Shown here in pieces: positions 8,717 through 19,964 of a stretch of DNA of 64,000 nt (positions within the stretch are counted from its first letter, which is position 1; each line of letters opens with the position of its first letter). Source of the DNA: Leidyana gryllorum EB-2025a (lineage: Eukaryota; Protista; Apicomplexa); the NCBI GenBank assembly GCA_048772705.1, contig JBLWGC010000211.1, positions 1-64,000 of the forward strand, written 5' to 3'. A program made the position numbers and the translations under genes. Below the pieces are notes generated by a model. The model ran no database searches. It had not been told where the DNA came from and saw only the letters and a program-made list of their open reading frames with translations.

Positions 8717-8829
8717 CGGGTGGGCGTCATCCCTGTTTTCGGGACAGAAAACCTCATTTCTGAAACGACGGGTGGGTGTCATCCCTGTTTTTGGGACAGG
8801 AAAACCTCATTTTTGGCCCGCGGGTGGGC
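8717..8829. repeat. 52-bp direct tandem repeat (2 copies plus start of a third) just upstream of the U2-like sequence
   Basis: cgggtggg(c/t)gtcatccctgtttt(c/t)gggacag(g)aaaacctcattt at 8717 and 8769; cgggtggg recurs at 8821. Confidence 0.9.
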
Positions 8830-10569
8830 CAGTGAGATTATGACCTATCGTCTTTGATAGAGGGATGTTCATTTGATGGGTTGCGGGGTACTCAGGGGGC
8901 GCTCCTCGTCCCTCGACGGTTTCGGTTTTTCGTTGCCAAATCGTGACAGCTTCTCCCCATTTAAGCCGCCCCCCCGAGTAACCACGCGCCCCTAATCTCT
9001 CCTTTGCCCACCGCCCTTCACATCCCCATCTTTTTGAGTTGGTAGAATAGATTCTCCATTCAAATTGAGATCCTCAGATCCCGTCTTCAGTTCAGACAGA
9101 AATCTGATCGATTTGGAGAAACAAATACCAAAATTTTTGGCCAGCAGCCAGTGTGCGTCTGAACAAAGAAAGATTGTTGCAAAAGGGTGCGATCGATTAC
9201 TGTAAAAGCCGCCGAGTTGCTAAAGATATTTATCAGTCGTACCCTCTGAGCTTCGTTTCAGAATGCCTCTTTTGATTCTTACCGAAGACATGGTGTGGAA
9301 CTTTGGTCTGATCGATGATGGACAGAGTGCCCATGCTTCCAGCCTGGACTATTGCAACTCTCACTGCTCGAAAGACGCCTTTGATGGCCACCGACGGCGT
9401 CGAACGCGACGCTCTCTTCCATCAACTACTCCCAGAGGCTCCTTTGACAGCACCCGTCGCGACACGTGGGGCGGAGGACGGCGATATTGAGCAGTTGGTG
9501 TGAGTCGCGAGGCGGAGAGCAATGTTTGCTCAGACTTTATGTTCGTCCATATGATCCATTCTACGAGAGTATGTCGCTCTGCGATCGACGTATCGTTAGT
9601 GATTCCCCTCTCCCTCACCCTCTCTCTCGCTCTGTTCCACCCCTGTCCAGACACCTAACTCCAAAAGCGATCGGTCCAATTCTCTCTCGGTTGCTCGAAT
9701 CGCTCTCCGTTCTCTCTCAATGAGTGTTGCCCGCAGTTATGTCCGTCCTTTTTACGGGTCGGGGCGAAGACCATTGAGTGACAGATCCGAGATCGTCGAG
9801 CTGGAGATTCAGATCTCACTACTCACTATGCCATTATAACGATCTGTGTTGTGTTCAAGGTACTCCCGAGTATGTCGGGTATGTTACGCCAAACCCGACT
9901 GCACTATACTTTACGTCTCTCATCGAATGTTGACGCTGCCCCAAAAGAGGAGTCGTTCCAGACGAACGACCGACCTGTCAATGTTAGATTGCCAAAGGTG
10001 GAGGAGAGAGGTGATCACTCGGCTACAGCAGAAGAAAGACTCGAAAGCGCTGTAGACAGACGCGACTCTTTTTCTCACCGCAAATGGCTCCGTATCTCTC
10101 TTATCCGTTACCATAAAATAAATCTGTTAACCAAAAATTCTACACAGCCCTCATTGATGGGGTGCTCAGCTCCTGACATCGCCGTCCCCTTCTGTGAATT
10201 GGCTTCTGTCGTCTGCTATCGACGCCGCCGGAGTGGTGAGTCGGGAGCGCTCTCAGCGTGGGTGAGACGATGTCGCCCACTGCTGGACGGAGGAGCGGAT
10301 TGGTTCGGGGGCGTAGTTTGGGTTCCCTCTCCTATAGTGTGGTGGTGAGTGCTCCACTGACGAAGTGAAGTGGTGGAATGCCCTACACACTGCGTTCGCG
10401 CCCTTCCTATACCGTCCAGGTGCACAGTACCCACACGCCGTCTCGCCCTTCTCGCTCCTCCCGCCCCAAACGAGACCCCGTGTCGCAGTGTCGCACCCGA
10501 CCGGCCGGTGTGTGTGTGTGCTGTCTCTGCACACCTACTTCTCACCGAGGGTCGCGATGCCGCCGCTGA

Positions 10570-11300
10570 CGTGCTGTCGGATACGACCACTGCTTCTAAG
10601 ATGCGCGGGGAATTCCCGACCGACCACTCTTCCGGTGATATATGATAAGTCTCACCTCGCCATAGGAAGATCCCGGTCGCCACAATGTCCAAGGCGCCTT
10701 TCACTATACCGTCGCTCGGCCCGGCCGTGTCTTCTGCTGGTATGAGAGTATTTGACACTGCTGCGCGACCTCGCTGGCATCGCGACGGCCAATTAAGCCG
10801 CTTCAACTCGACGGTGGCGGGGGGCCGCGGGATCCCTCAGGGCGCATCCACGGCGCCGCAGCGGTGATACAGGTAAGGTCCACCAAATGAGCTCTCTCCT
10901 CGTGCCGCCAGAGCACCGCGTTCGCCCTGAATGGTCCGGCTGTGCTCAAACTCGTCCACTGTTTACCTTCGAACACGGGCAGAAGCCTTCATCCCCTTCA
11001 GCCGCCACGTCGATTGAATGCGATAGCCGATGGCTGCGGCCATCGGTGGGGCATTGTCAAAGCGGCGAGGGCGGAATACGTCGTTTCAGAGGGTCCCTTT
11101 CTGTCCTTCGCGGGAATCGATCTCAAACTCGTAATCGCTCAGCGTCATAGCCTCATAGGCGATCTGTCGACCAGTGGCTATCCAAAGCCACTCGGACCCC
11201 TCAGGATCCGTCCGGACAGAATCTTCGCTGATGCAACGACGACTACGTCCTCAAATGTACGCCGGTGATCGAAGTTGCGCCTTATGGGGGCCCACGAGGT
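10570..11300 (-). mobile_element. Decayed Ty3/Gypsy-like pol remnant (RNase H C-terminus and start of integrase)
   Basis: Manual translation VRTDPEGSEWLWIATGRQIAYEAMTLSDYEFEIDSREGQK..*NDVFR resembles the Gypsy RNase H end (TDH..L.WL...GR.ARW...L.EYDFEI.YRPG..N..AD..SR). Downstream LKRLNWP and VVVSD resemble integrase motifs. Many stops and frameshifts. Confidence 0.5.
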
Positions 11301-14300
11301 GTCTTTGACCCGGCCAAGTCATTGCTGAGCCCGGAGTCGGTTTCATCCTCTCGCGGCCTCAGTTGCCTCGGTGGCGCAATTCAGCCTACTGGGCCACCTC
11401 GGGTGAAACCCGACCCTCACGGCGGGGCTTAGAGTCGCCGGTGGGATACGGAGCAGCAAGAGGGGCTCACACGCAGCTGCGCAACTGTAGCTCGGCGCTG
11501 AGGACAAGCCCAGCCAGCCGCCCGTGACGTCCTCCTGCCAATGATTGGACCCCTCGTTGGCTCTTTCAATTCTCACTGTTCTTCTCAGCGTCGTTTTGGA
11601 GGAACTAAACACAGCGCTCGAAGGCCTCTCTCACTGACTCTCGTTTTGTGCGCGGGATTCCAACAATTACGACAAGTGTCGATCACAGGTAGACTTTGTG
11701 CAGTTTGCGTTCGCGATGTCCTCTCCTCGTGCGGTTGGATTGCATCGCGTCTCGAGGTGATTTGCCGCTGGCCTCATTCGTAAGTCGAGTGGTGCCATGT
11801 CCAGTCCAGTCTGGCGGTTGTCTGCCAACATCCGATTGCCCAACGAGAGTGTCGAGGCGCAGTTTGGAGACGTCCAGAAGGTCTCGTTGAGCGTCGGTCG
11901 CCCGGGATTTCACCCTTCACCGATTCACGGAGCTAATTGAATCACCCGTTGGGGCCTCGAAGGGCGCGCTCGACGAGAGTTTTAGCGATTTGGCGATTCG
12001 GCGGCGGAACGAGGGTCGCTGCTGTTTGGCGAGTTTCATTTCTGCTGCAGTGTCCTTCGCGTCCCCATTCTCGGAGGGAGGCAGCGCGATGCGTTGTTGT
12101 ACGTTGGTGAGATAATGAATGACTCAGTGACTGGAACGCTGTGGTCGGTCTGAAACCCTTTTTAAACTGTCGCAGTCGCGTGCTGCACTGCCAGCGAGAC
12201 TGGGCTAGCGGAGACGGAGTCTCCGGGCGCGAAAACACAACACTCGGTCAGTGAATTGTAGATTAGATGTTTTTTTCCTCAGACCACAGAGGCATGGCCA
12301 GATGGCCAGCCGGCACTCGAAAGTTCCAAACAGGGCACAGTGGGATATGAACGTGCCTTTGTTAACTAACTATGGTGAGCTGACAGCCAAAACGCTGTGT
12401 ATTGACGTCAAAACGACGTTCGCGAATGTGCATTGCGGCGTGGTCAGGGGGCAGCGGATTGGGATTAACGCCCACGCGGTGATCAACGGCATCGATTACT
12501 TGATCGATGCGGCGAAAAGGGGTTCCCACAGAGTACTCTGTGGGCGGGATTGTTTTGGGCTGAACCACAATACTCTGCGGCGGGGGGCTGTTTTTGGGCT
12601 GGGCTGAGACCAGAGGGCTACAGCTGAGAGATCGCTCCTACTGGCGGTTCTCTCAGCAAAGTTACGCGGCGGACCAAAAGGAAAGAACGCGATGATACGA
12701 TTTTACGATCGTACTGCGATCGTAATTATGTTAGGGAGGCGGACGGACCGCACGAAGAAGAAAAAAAAAAGCCACGCAAAAAGGACAATTCAGCTCAGCG
12801 ATGCAGAGCCACGGCTTCGGTCCAGATTTCTGCGGGACGCCCTCTCAAACTCAGGGACGCTCCCGCGACTCCTCCGGCGCCTCAGAGGACCCTTGCATCC
12901 TCCCGAAGGCCTCCATTGAGACCCCCCAAACCGGTGATGAGGGGTGCTCCTCCTGAGCAACCTCCTCCGCAGCCGGCTCCTCCTCCGTCAAACCCCCTTC
13001 CTCCGCCGGCGGACACGCCTCCTCTGTGACAGAGGCCACCTGCCAAGGGGCCTCGCCAGCGGACCGGACGCACCTCAGAGATAGGCGGACAACTCCGCCA
13101 CTCCTCCGCCCGGCTCTTGCGCGCGCAAGAGCAACAACCAACTCCAGGGGGGAAACCACGAACGACGACCGGAGGCCAGCACGGCGCTCAACAGCGGCCG
13201 CCACGCCCCTCGCGTGGCGGGTGGGTCTTCGAGAGGCTGCACTGGACAGCCGTCCCGGCTCGGCTCTGCACGCCACCTTCTTCGTGCAGGTCTTTATGAC
13301 GGAAAGTTGCGCCGCCATCCCGAAAAGTCGCGTGCCGCTCCAATTAAAACACCAAGATCCAGGGAGTCTGGATCTTAAACTTTGATGTTGAGCTGCACAC
13401 AACTTCTTTTTAAATAAGTTTCCAGTATATACCCTACAGTTTTACTGGAAACCTATTTGCAACTCATACAAACATGAGGCCAGATCGCATCAGATCTGGC
13501 CATTTGGGACTTCTTACGATTCCCAAACCTTTGGAGGGTATCTTTGATACCCTCTCAAGCCATTTCCACGCGATCGACACACCCAATACAGACATCAGAT
13601 CACACACACTCGCGTTTTTACGCACACAAGTGTTCTGTCTGGTTCGATATTGCGCGATTTCGCGCGAGGACGCGCGCATTTCCGCGCAGGCATACAAAGA
13701 TCCCACTCAATGTACTGAACCCATCAGCAGCAAGTCGAACCATCATTGAATAGATAGTTAGCACTCTACAACATGGATGCTTAACCCGGCCCAGCCCTCA
13801 CCGGTGCTCCACAAATTACACATCCACTTACACTGTATACACTTGATGCCCAAGCGGGTGCTCACACATCACAACACTACATAGACAGTTACTTAACACT
13901 TCATACAAAAAGATGCCCAATCCACCCAACTTCACCAGACAGTGCTCCATAAAGCCCATCTGACACAGTACAGTGTATCATATTACCCTCAATCAGCCAC
14001 TAAGGCGCAACATACCCCAAGTCAGCCAGTAAGGCACCTGGTCGGAATCGCAGCGATCCCACTTTGGGCCATCATCTATTAAAGCCACAGTTGCAGTTGA
14101 TTGATAAGCCGTGTCACAAAAGACTCCGACGCTTGACCACTTCACCACGAAAAGCCCATACACTGGCATCAACACACATCATTAGTCATCCTATCACACT
14201 CGCTCTTGTGTCGACGGCACAAAACCGCTCCGCTTGATGCGTCTCGCTATAAACGACACCTCGGTATCCCGGTGAACCGATGAAGGAGCTCGAGCATTGG

Positions 14301-14638
14301 ATCGAGCACAGCACAGCAACGTCCTTTTCACAACACAGCAACGTCCTTCTCACAATGCATCTAGGCAGCGCCGCATGGTCGATTTCGCCAAACGCGCGAC
14401 TGGGTAAGTTTGACCTAAGCTGGCTTAGCCTATTCACTCACGGCGTTTACTCCACAAGTACAAGTGCATTAATGTCTCGATGTAACATCGATCTAACCGA
14501 AAATCAAAGCAGATCGCCAACAAATAAATAGTGTGTGCGACGGAGACACAAAGACTGATCAGCTTTTGATATCCGAAATTCGCTCACCCACCCCTCCTGA
14601 TTGTATTATCTTCCAAGCTTTTGATTTGATCCATCCTG

Positions 14639-15742
14639 ATGCGTTCATTCCAGCTGCTGTTGGCTCTTGGCACCGCCATGCTGGGCGCCGAGGCTCATGG
14701 CACAATGTCCTTCCCGCCGACCCGCAACACTGTGAATTCCTTCCAATGTCCGCAGTGCGCAAATGGCCCGAGTGTCTGTGGAAGCGGCACTGGTAGCCAA
14801 TGGCTGGCGGATGACGCTCAAGCCTCTTTACGCGATAGTATCTACGTGACCCCTCTGACAAACCTGGTTTCAGGGGGAATGGTTGAAGTTGAGGTATACT
14901 TTACCGCTCCGCATATGGGGCACTTTGTTGTTGAGTTATGTTCAAACCCCGGCACCACCATCGACAACTCTTGTTTCCAAAGGTTGGAAAGAGATCCTAC
15001 GGACACTCGCTACGGTCCCTATTTGAGCCAGTATCCCACGCTGTTCTTCTTGCCTGACAACAACTGTGTCAGTACTCTCCAGCCGAATGCGCCGCTGAAG
15101 GCCCGGTTCAAAGTCCCTTCGGGAGTCACTTCCGAGCACGCTATATTGCGGTGGCAATGGCAGTCTGGTAACTCCTGTGACTCCTCTGAAGCCAGCACAG
15201 GACGTTCTGCGGACGACGCCTTGAGGGGCTGGTCGAACACTATCAACGGACGCAGTTGCAGTGCAGCAATGTCGAATCTCTGGATTCCGTGTGGTACAGA
15301 TTGTCCGTCGCCTGCTTGCGCTGGTGAGCAGTTCCGTACGTGTGCTGATGTCAAGGTGATAACTGGAGACACAAACACGGTTGTCGGATCAGGCAACGCC
15401 ACTTCGGAACCCGGCAATGGCGGTAACACTGGTGGTAACACTGGTGGCAACACTGGTGGCAACACTGGTGGTAACACTGGTGGTAACACTGGTGGTAACA
15501 CTGGTGGTAACACTGGTGGCGTTGGGGGTGTCAATGTTGGTGCTGGTGGCTGGACAGCTGCTGAGGTTACTGCTTGCCAGGGAAGTGTCAGAGGTCTCTA
15601 TAGGGACTGGGACAACTACTGTCAGAACACGTGTACCGAGTATGGTACTGATGCGACCAGCCATGGAGCAATCTGGTGCAAGAATGCCGGGGTTAGAGAT
15701 TTGGCTCAGTGCGTCCGCACTCTGCAGGCTGCCTGCAATTGA
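14639..15742 (+). CDS. Secreted lytic polysaccharide monooxygenase (AA15-like, chitin-binding type 3 fold) with GGNT linker and Cys-rich C-terminal module
   Basis: 19-aa signal peptide ending AEA, then His1 (HGTMSFPPTRN). Second His in TAPHMGHF. HAILRWQWQSGN and EQFRTCADV motifs. C-terminal DWDNYCQNTC..WC..C..C. Intronless. Confidence 0.88.
   Translation: MRSFQLLLALGTAMLGAEAHGTMSFPPTRNTVNSFQCPQCANGPSVCGSGTGSQWLADDAQASLRDSIYVTPLTNLVSGGMVEVEVYFTAPHMGHFVVELCSNPGTTIDNSCFQRLERDPTDTRYGPYLSQYPTLFFLPDNNCVSTLQPNAPLKARFKVPSGVTSEHAILRWQWQSGNSCDSSEASTGRSADDALRGWSNTINGRSCSAAMSNLWIPCGTDCPSPACAGEQFRTCADVKVITGDTNTVVGSGNATSEPGNGGNTGGNTGGNTGGNTGGNTGGNTGGNTGGNTGGVGGVNVGAGGWTAAEVTACQGSVRGLYRDWDNYCQNTCTEYGTDATSHGAIWCKNAGVRDLAQCVRTLQAACN
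15419..15520 (+). repeat. 12-bp coding tandem repeat encoding (GGNT)x8
   Basis: ggtgg(t/c)aacact units seen directly. Confidence 0.95.
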
Positions 15743-16452
15743 GGTGAAGGAACTCCTCCTTTCGTAGTTGCACGAAGATTTGTTGATATTTCCCAAGGTA
15801 TTTGTTAGAGAGCCGATAACGACAGTCGACTGGATCTCGGGGAGCGCTTATTTCTGAAGCTCCCTTTGACTTGGTTGGCGTCCTTTTTGCACACGTCATA
15901 TTCCCGTTGAGTTGGTTATCGGTTAATTTTGCTGGCTGTTCCTAACCAAACATGCGCGAGTAAAGGACCTCATTTCTTCTGTGCTTTTGTGTCTGACACC
16001 TTCCAATACTTCTCTTCCCTCGTAGACAATTGTGTTTGAACGACCGGAGATCCGCGATAATGGCTGGGGGCCAGACGCGATAAGGAGAAGCTAAGTTGGT
16101 TAGATCCCGTTTGTGATTGATCTGCGGAGTTGTGCGTAGTGAGTGTTGAGTAGTGACTGTTGGGTGGTGACTATTACTTGATGTGCACCCACCAACAACA
16201 ACAACTTAAATGAGCATCGGGTCCTCAGCACCTTTGAAGTAGCCCAAGGCCTCGACTCCGCTATGTTTTCATCGCCACAGCCGTCTCTGGATGTGATCAA
16301 CAGAGTGGCGGGCGCAGACTGAGCCCCAAAATGGTCTAAATGGAAGAGTTCTTCGTCCGCTCTGCCCCGCAGGTCGAGTTTGGCTATTAAGAGCGAAAAA
16401 GGTATGACTTGAACATTGCCAACAAGACAGACACACAAGACCGATAGCCGCT

Positions 16453-17316
16453 ATGGTTGGGCTCAATGGCGCTCAATGCAGGCCGAAGCTCATGGCCTAT
16501 GATCGTACCATCATACCCCCGGCTGTCCCTTCTGAACACGGAGTGGACCTCTATATTGTGAATTACATCCACCAAGTGAGGGTATTGGTGGAAGATTTAT
16601 ATGGGGAGGACATCAGAACAGTGCGAAAGCGCATTGAAGTCATGGAGGAACTGATCGCGGAAGCAGAGAGAGAATTGGACAACGTGGAGGCAGAGATCGC
16701 GGATGGCAAAGTGACACAGAAGAGCTATCAGAGGACGCTACAGGAGCTGAAAGGCAAAGAGCCGAAGCTGCAGGCAGAGGTTGACAGCTTGGAAGACTTG
16801 ATAAAGAGTATGGAGCTAAACTTGACGACTTGGGATGAGGTAGCGAAGAAGCGAGAGAGGGTTCAGAATGTGATCGAAGGGTCGCGCGAGTTCATCCAAA
16901 ACGCGTCAAAACGTCGTCAGGAGGCGCAGCAGGAACTCGATGAGTATAAGGCGACGCACTCCGCCATTTCGGAGCAGCACGCAGCCGTGTGCGCTAAGAT
17001 TGCAGAGGTGGAGGGCGAGCTCGAAGCTTTGGAGGCGAGAGCAAAGCGATGCGAAGAAAAGCACGAGCACGAGAGAGGCCTGTTGAAGTACTATCACGCG
17101 ACGCTAACGAATATGCACGGAGAAGTAGAGGCACTAATCCAAATGCGAGACCAAAAGGCAAGGAGTTTGGCAGGGGCTTGTGCAGATGCAGCCATATGCG
17201 AGCACCAACAAAGCATGTCCTCGAGACATGAAGAAGGCGGTTTTGTTCCTCACAAGGAAGGGCAACAAAGGGGCGATGTAGCGCTGTACTTTAATTCAAG
17301 CCCAGCCACTCAATAA
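16453..17316 (+). CDS. Coiled-coil hypothetical protein
   Basis: 287-aa ORF rich in E/K/L/A heptads. Confidence 0.7.
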   Translation: MVGLNGAQCRPKLMAYDRTIIPPAVPSEHGVDLYIVNYIHQVRVLVEDLYGEDIRTVRKRIEVMEELIAEAERELDNVEAEIADGKVTQKSYQRTLQELKGKEPKLQAEVDSLEDLIKSMELNLTTWDEVAKKRERVQNVIEGSREFIQNASKRRQEAQQELDEYKATHSAISEQHAAVCAKIAEVEGELEALEARAKRCEEKHEHERGLLKYYHATLTNMHGEVEALIQMRDQKARSLAGACADAAICEHQQSMSSRHEEGGFVPHKEGQQRGDVALYFNSSPATQ

Positions 17317-17381
17317 CCATATCTGAGGGTGTCTATTTTGGTTGTCAAAGACCGTCAAGTAGCAAAAAAAAGTCGATCATC

Positions 17382-17867
17382 ATGGACGGGCGCAGCCTGT
17401 TCTTCACGTCACTGTGGGTGACGCAATTATTGCGAGCTGCCCTTATCACACTGTCTATCCTGCTGGCCGATGCTCGAGTTTGGTGGTGGTGGGATGTTGT
17501 GGTTCTATCTATCCACCTCATTGTCCTATGCTGGGCCCACGGCGCTCCCTCCGCCAAGTGGCAACGCCGCGGTATCGTCCCTATCATCTTCATCTTCTTC
17601 TGGGTCGATGCCTGCCGAGCAATCCAAGCACTCGACTGGCTAAGCTTTCATCTCGACGGTCTCCCCCTCTTTGTTCTCAAGAAACAACCACCCTACATGT
17701 GGGAATACGGATACACACACTTCGTTCGAGATGCTGACTTGTGGCTTTCTCTAAACCTGGCCGCAAGACTTTTGATGACTATATTCGTCGCCCTAGGAGT
17801 GTCAGGCTACAACTTGGCGTGCCGGAAAGTTCGTGAAGAAAACAGCAAGCTGAGACTCCCCCACTGA
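17382..17867 (+). CDS. Small multi-pass membrane protein
   Basis: 161 aa with about 4 hydrophobic segments. Confidence 0.6.
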   Translation: MDGRSLFFTSLWVTQLLRAALITLSILLADARVWWWWDVVVLSIHLIVLCWAHGAPSAKWQRRGIVPIIFIFFWVDACRAIQALDWLSFHLDGLPLFVLKKQPPYMWEYGYTHFVRDADLWLSLNLAARLLMTIFVALGVSGYNLACRKVREENSKLRLPH

Positions 17868-18123
17868 ACATACTATCGCGCCACAAGTCATCCGAAGGTA
17901 TTCAGAAGAATATCCATCAATTATAACACGCGTCTCACACCGAAGAGCTGTCATCCGCACACGCCTTCGTGCGTGTGTGCTGATGAGTTCACTGGCTTCT
18001 TCTCTTTCTTTTACCTCCCTTGTCACGTCCTTTGGTCGGACGGTGGCCAGCTCGGTTGCCTCAGCCCGGTCACTCCCCATTCATGCTCTCATACCACCAA
18101 ACTCCCAACCAAGATCGAGTCAA

Positions 18124-19930
18124 TTATTGCTCGCCGAGACGCATTACTTCAGGTGCCTCGCTTGGAAGTACATCTTCTTCTTTGCTAACATTTGATGAAT
18201 ATAGGTTAACCAATTTGTTATATGAAGAGGAGTTTGTTTCCTTTGACTCTTGTGTCGCCGCCGTTGTTGCCCCAGCAGACGCGTCCAATGCCGATCGCTG
18301 CTTCGCCGACTTGGCTGTACCAACCTTCGCCGAAAGGGACGCCTTGTAGCTTGAAGGTCGCTTTGCGTAATCCTTGCCACTTGCTAGCGCTCGATCCCGC
18401 TCTTTCTGCTGGAAGCCTTTCACCAAATCTTCAGAGCTTATCTGCTGCGTTCCCCCGCTCTCGCCCTCCTCCAGTCGTCGTCGCTTGTGCCACTTAGACA
18501 GCACTATAACCAAACCAAAGTCAATAGGAACCACAGGACTTTCCCGCATCTCTTCGTCGCTGAACTTGATCAAAGCCGTCAACTCTCCCGTCACCTCATC
18601 TTCGTAAAAATCTGTAAACTCACCCGGCCGCCATTCACACCTAAGCAAAGTCAGCCATACTGGACAGCCAAGTGCACCGTCATACTCACTTGTAACACGC
18701 CAACACGTCAGCTCCTCGTTTGAACTTTTTTGGGTTCGCTTTATTCCTACGTTTACGCCGACGATGCTCGGGCAGGGTGCCCAACTGTGCACCGTAGTAC
18801 GTCTTGATCTTCACCGGTAACCGTGGCAGCACAACCGTCCCCAAGTAGTTGTCCTCTGCCAATAAAGCCTCCACGTACACGCCGAATGTTCTGCAAGACA
18901 GCGATAGATCGATCCATCGAACGTGTGTGCTCTCACATTTCATTCTGTGGATTCTTGTCCAAGTAAGGATTGAATACTTGGTCATCAAGCAGGGCGCTCT
19001 CGAACCAGGCCCAAAGCTGTGGAGCATGAAAAGGCGTATCCCCACAAATTAATGCCAATCTTACAGGATTGACGAATGCATTCAGCTTTCATCGTACCTT
19101 TTCCGGCGGATGCACGAAACGGAGCCACAGGTATCCGGCAGCGCGCGCAAAGATGTTCTTGTCCTCCAAAAGTAACATCAGCTGCAATGTGGCCGTATTA
19201 GGTGATCGAGCAAGTGTATGCACACACACGGGTTCCTACCTCTTCAGCTGTCAATTTCATTGTGAACAGCTTGTAAAGACAGCAAATGAAGGTTGAGGGA
19301 GCTCGGCCGTTCCTGGACACCCAGGGTTCGGCGTGCTCCACATATTGCTGTATTTCCTCAATGATCTTTGCCACTGTGCTATATGCGCTGAGCGGAGTTG
19401 ATGGAAGTAAGTATTGGTAGACACTGAGTCGAGTGCTTACAAGAGCGATTTGTAATACTCGGACGACAGAATATTCTCTCGTAGCAGCGTCGGGAGATTA
19501 TAGGTGCTGGTATTGGTCCTGTAGAGCATTGAACTCATCATTAGGGTGTTCCTCTTACATTTCCAGACAATCTCTCTTTGCAGAGTAGTTGACAGCAGCA
19601 TGGAGCTGCGCGATTCGTGCTTGATGATGCTTTCAACTCAAGATGTTGAGTATAATGGGTTTGTTGGCTCACCACAGCCATTTTGTACTTTCTGCATAGC
19701 TTGCAGCTCAATATTGGTTTGGAATGGACATGGCATCGAGGCACTTCGCTGGTAGCCGCGAATGTGCCACTTGGAACATATACTCGGGCGCCTGACGGGG
19801 CAGTAACAGTGGTGGGGCCCGTTTTGGAGGCGTTAGACTGTTGGGGGGGTAGAGATGACAGAGTATCATATCCTTGTCCAGGTGCCCACTCTTCTTGTGT
19901 CCACCCAAATGGTCTGGGTATGCCGGCCAT
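18124..19930 (-). CDS. PRPF38B: Pre-mRNA splicing factor Prp38B-like (multi-exon)
   Basis: Exons read YNLPTLLRENILSSEYYKSL, VEHAEPW, PSTFICCLYKLFTMKLT, GYLWLRFVHPPE, LLAEDNYLGTVVLPRLPV, RPSSYKASLS. Confidence 0.8.
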
Positions 19931-19964
19931 ATGAGGTAAATTTTGAAACGGCAAAGTCACGTCA

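Noticed and set aside
8717-8829. CRISPR-like array
   Set aside because: Only two adjacent units with no unique spacers, no cas genes, and a eukaryotic context.
11900-13400. ORFs at 12251-12607, 12851-13402 and 13026-13385 as genes
   Set aside because: Low complexity, interrupted by stops, no recognisable motifs.
13418-13500. Two hairpins (gtttccagta/tactggaaac; gccagatc/gatctggc) as Helitron or MITE termini
   Set aside because: No CTRR end, partner terminus or second copy visible.
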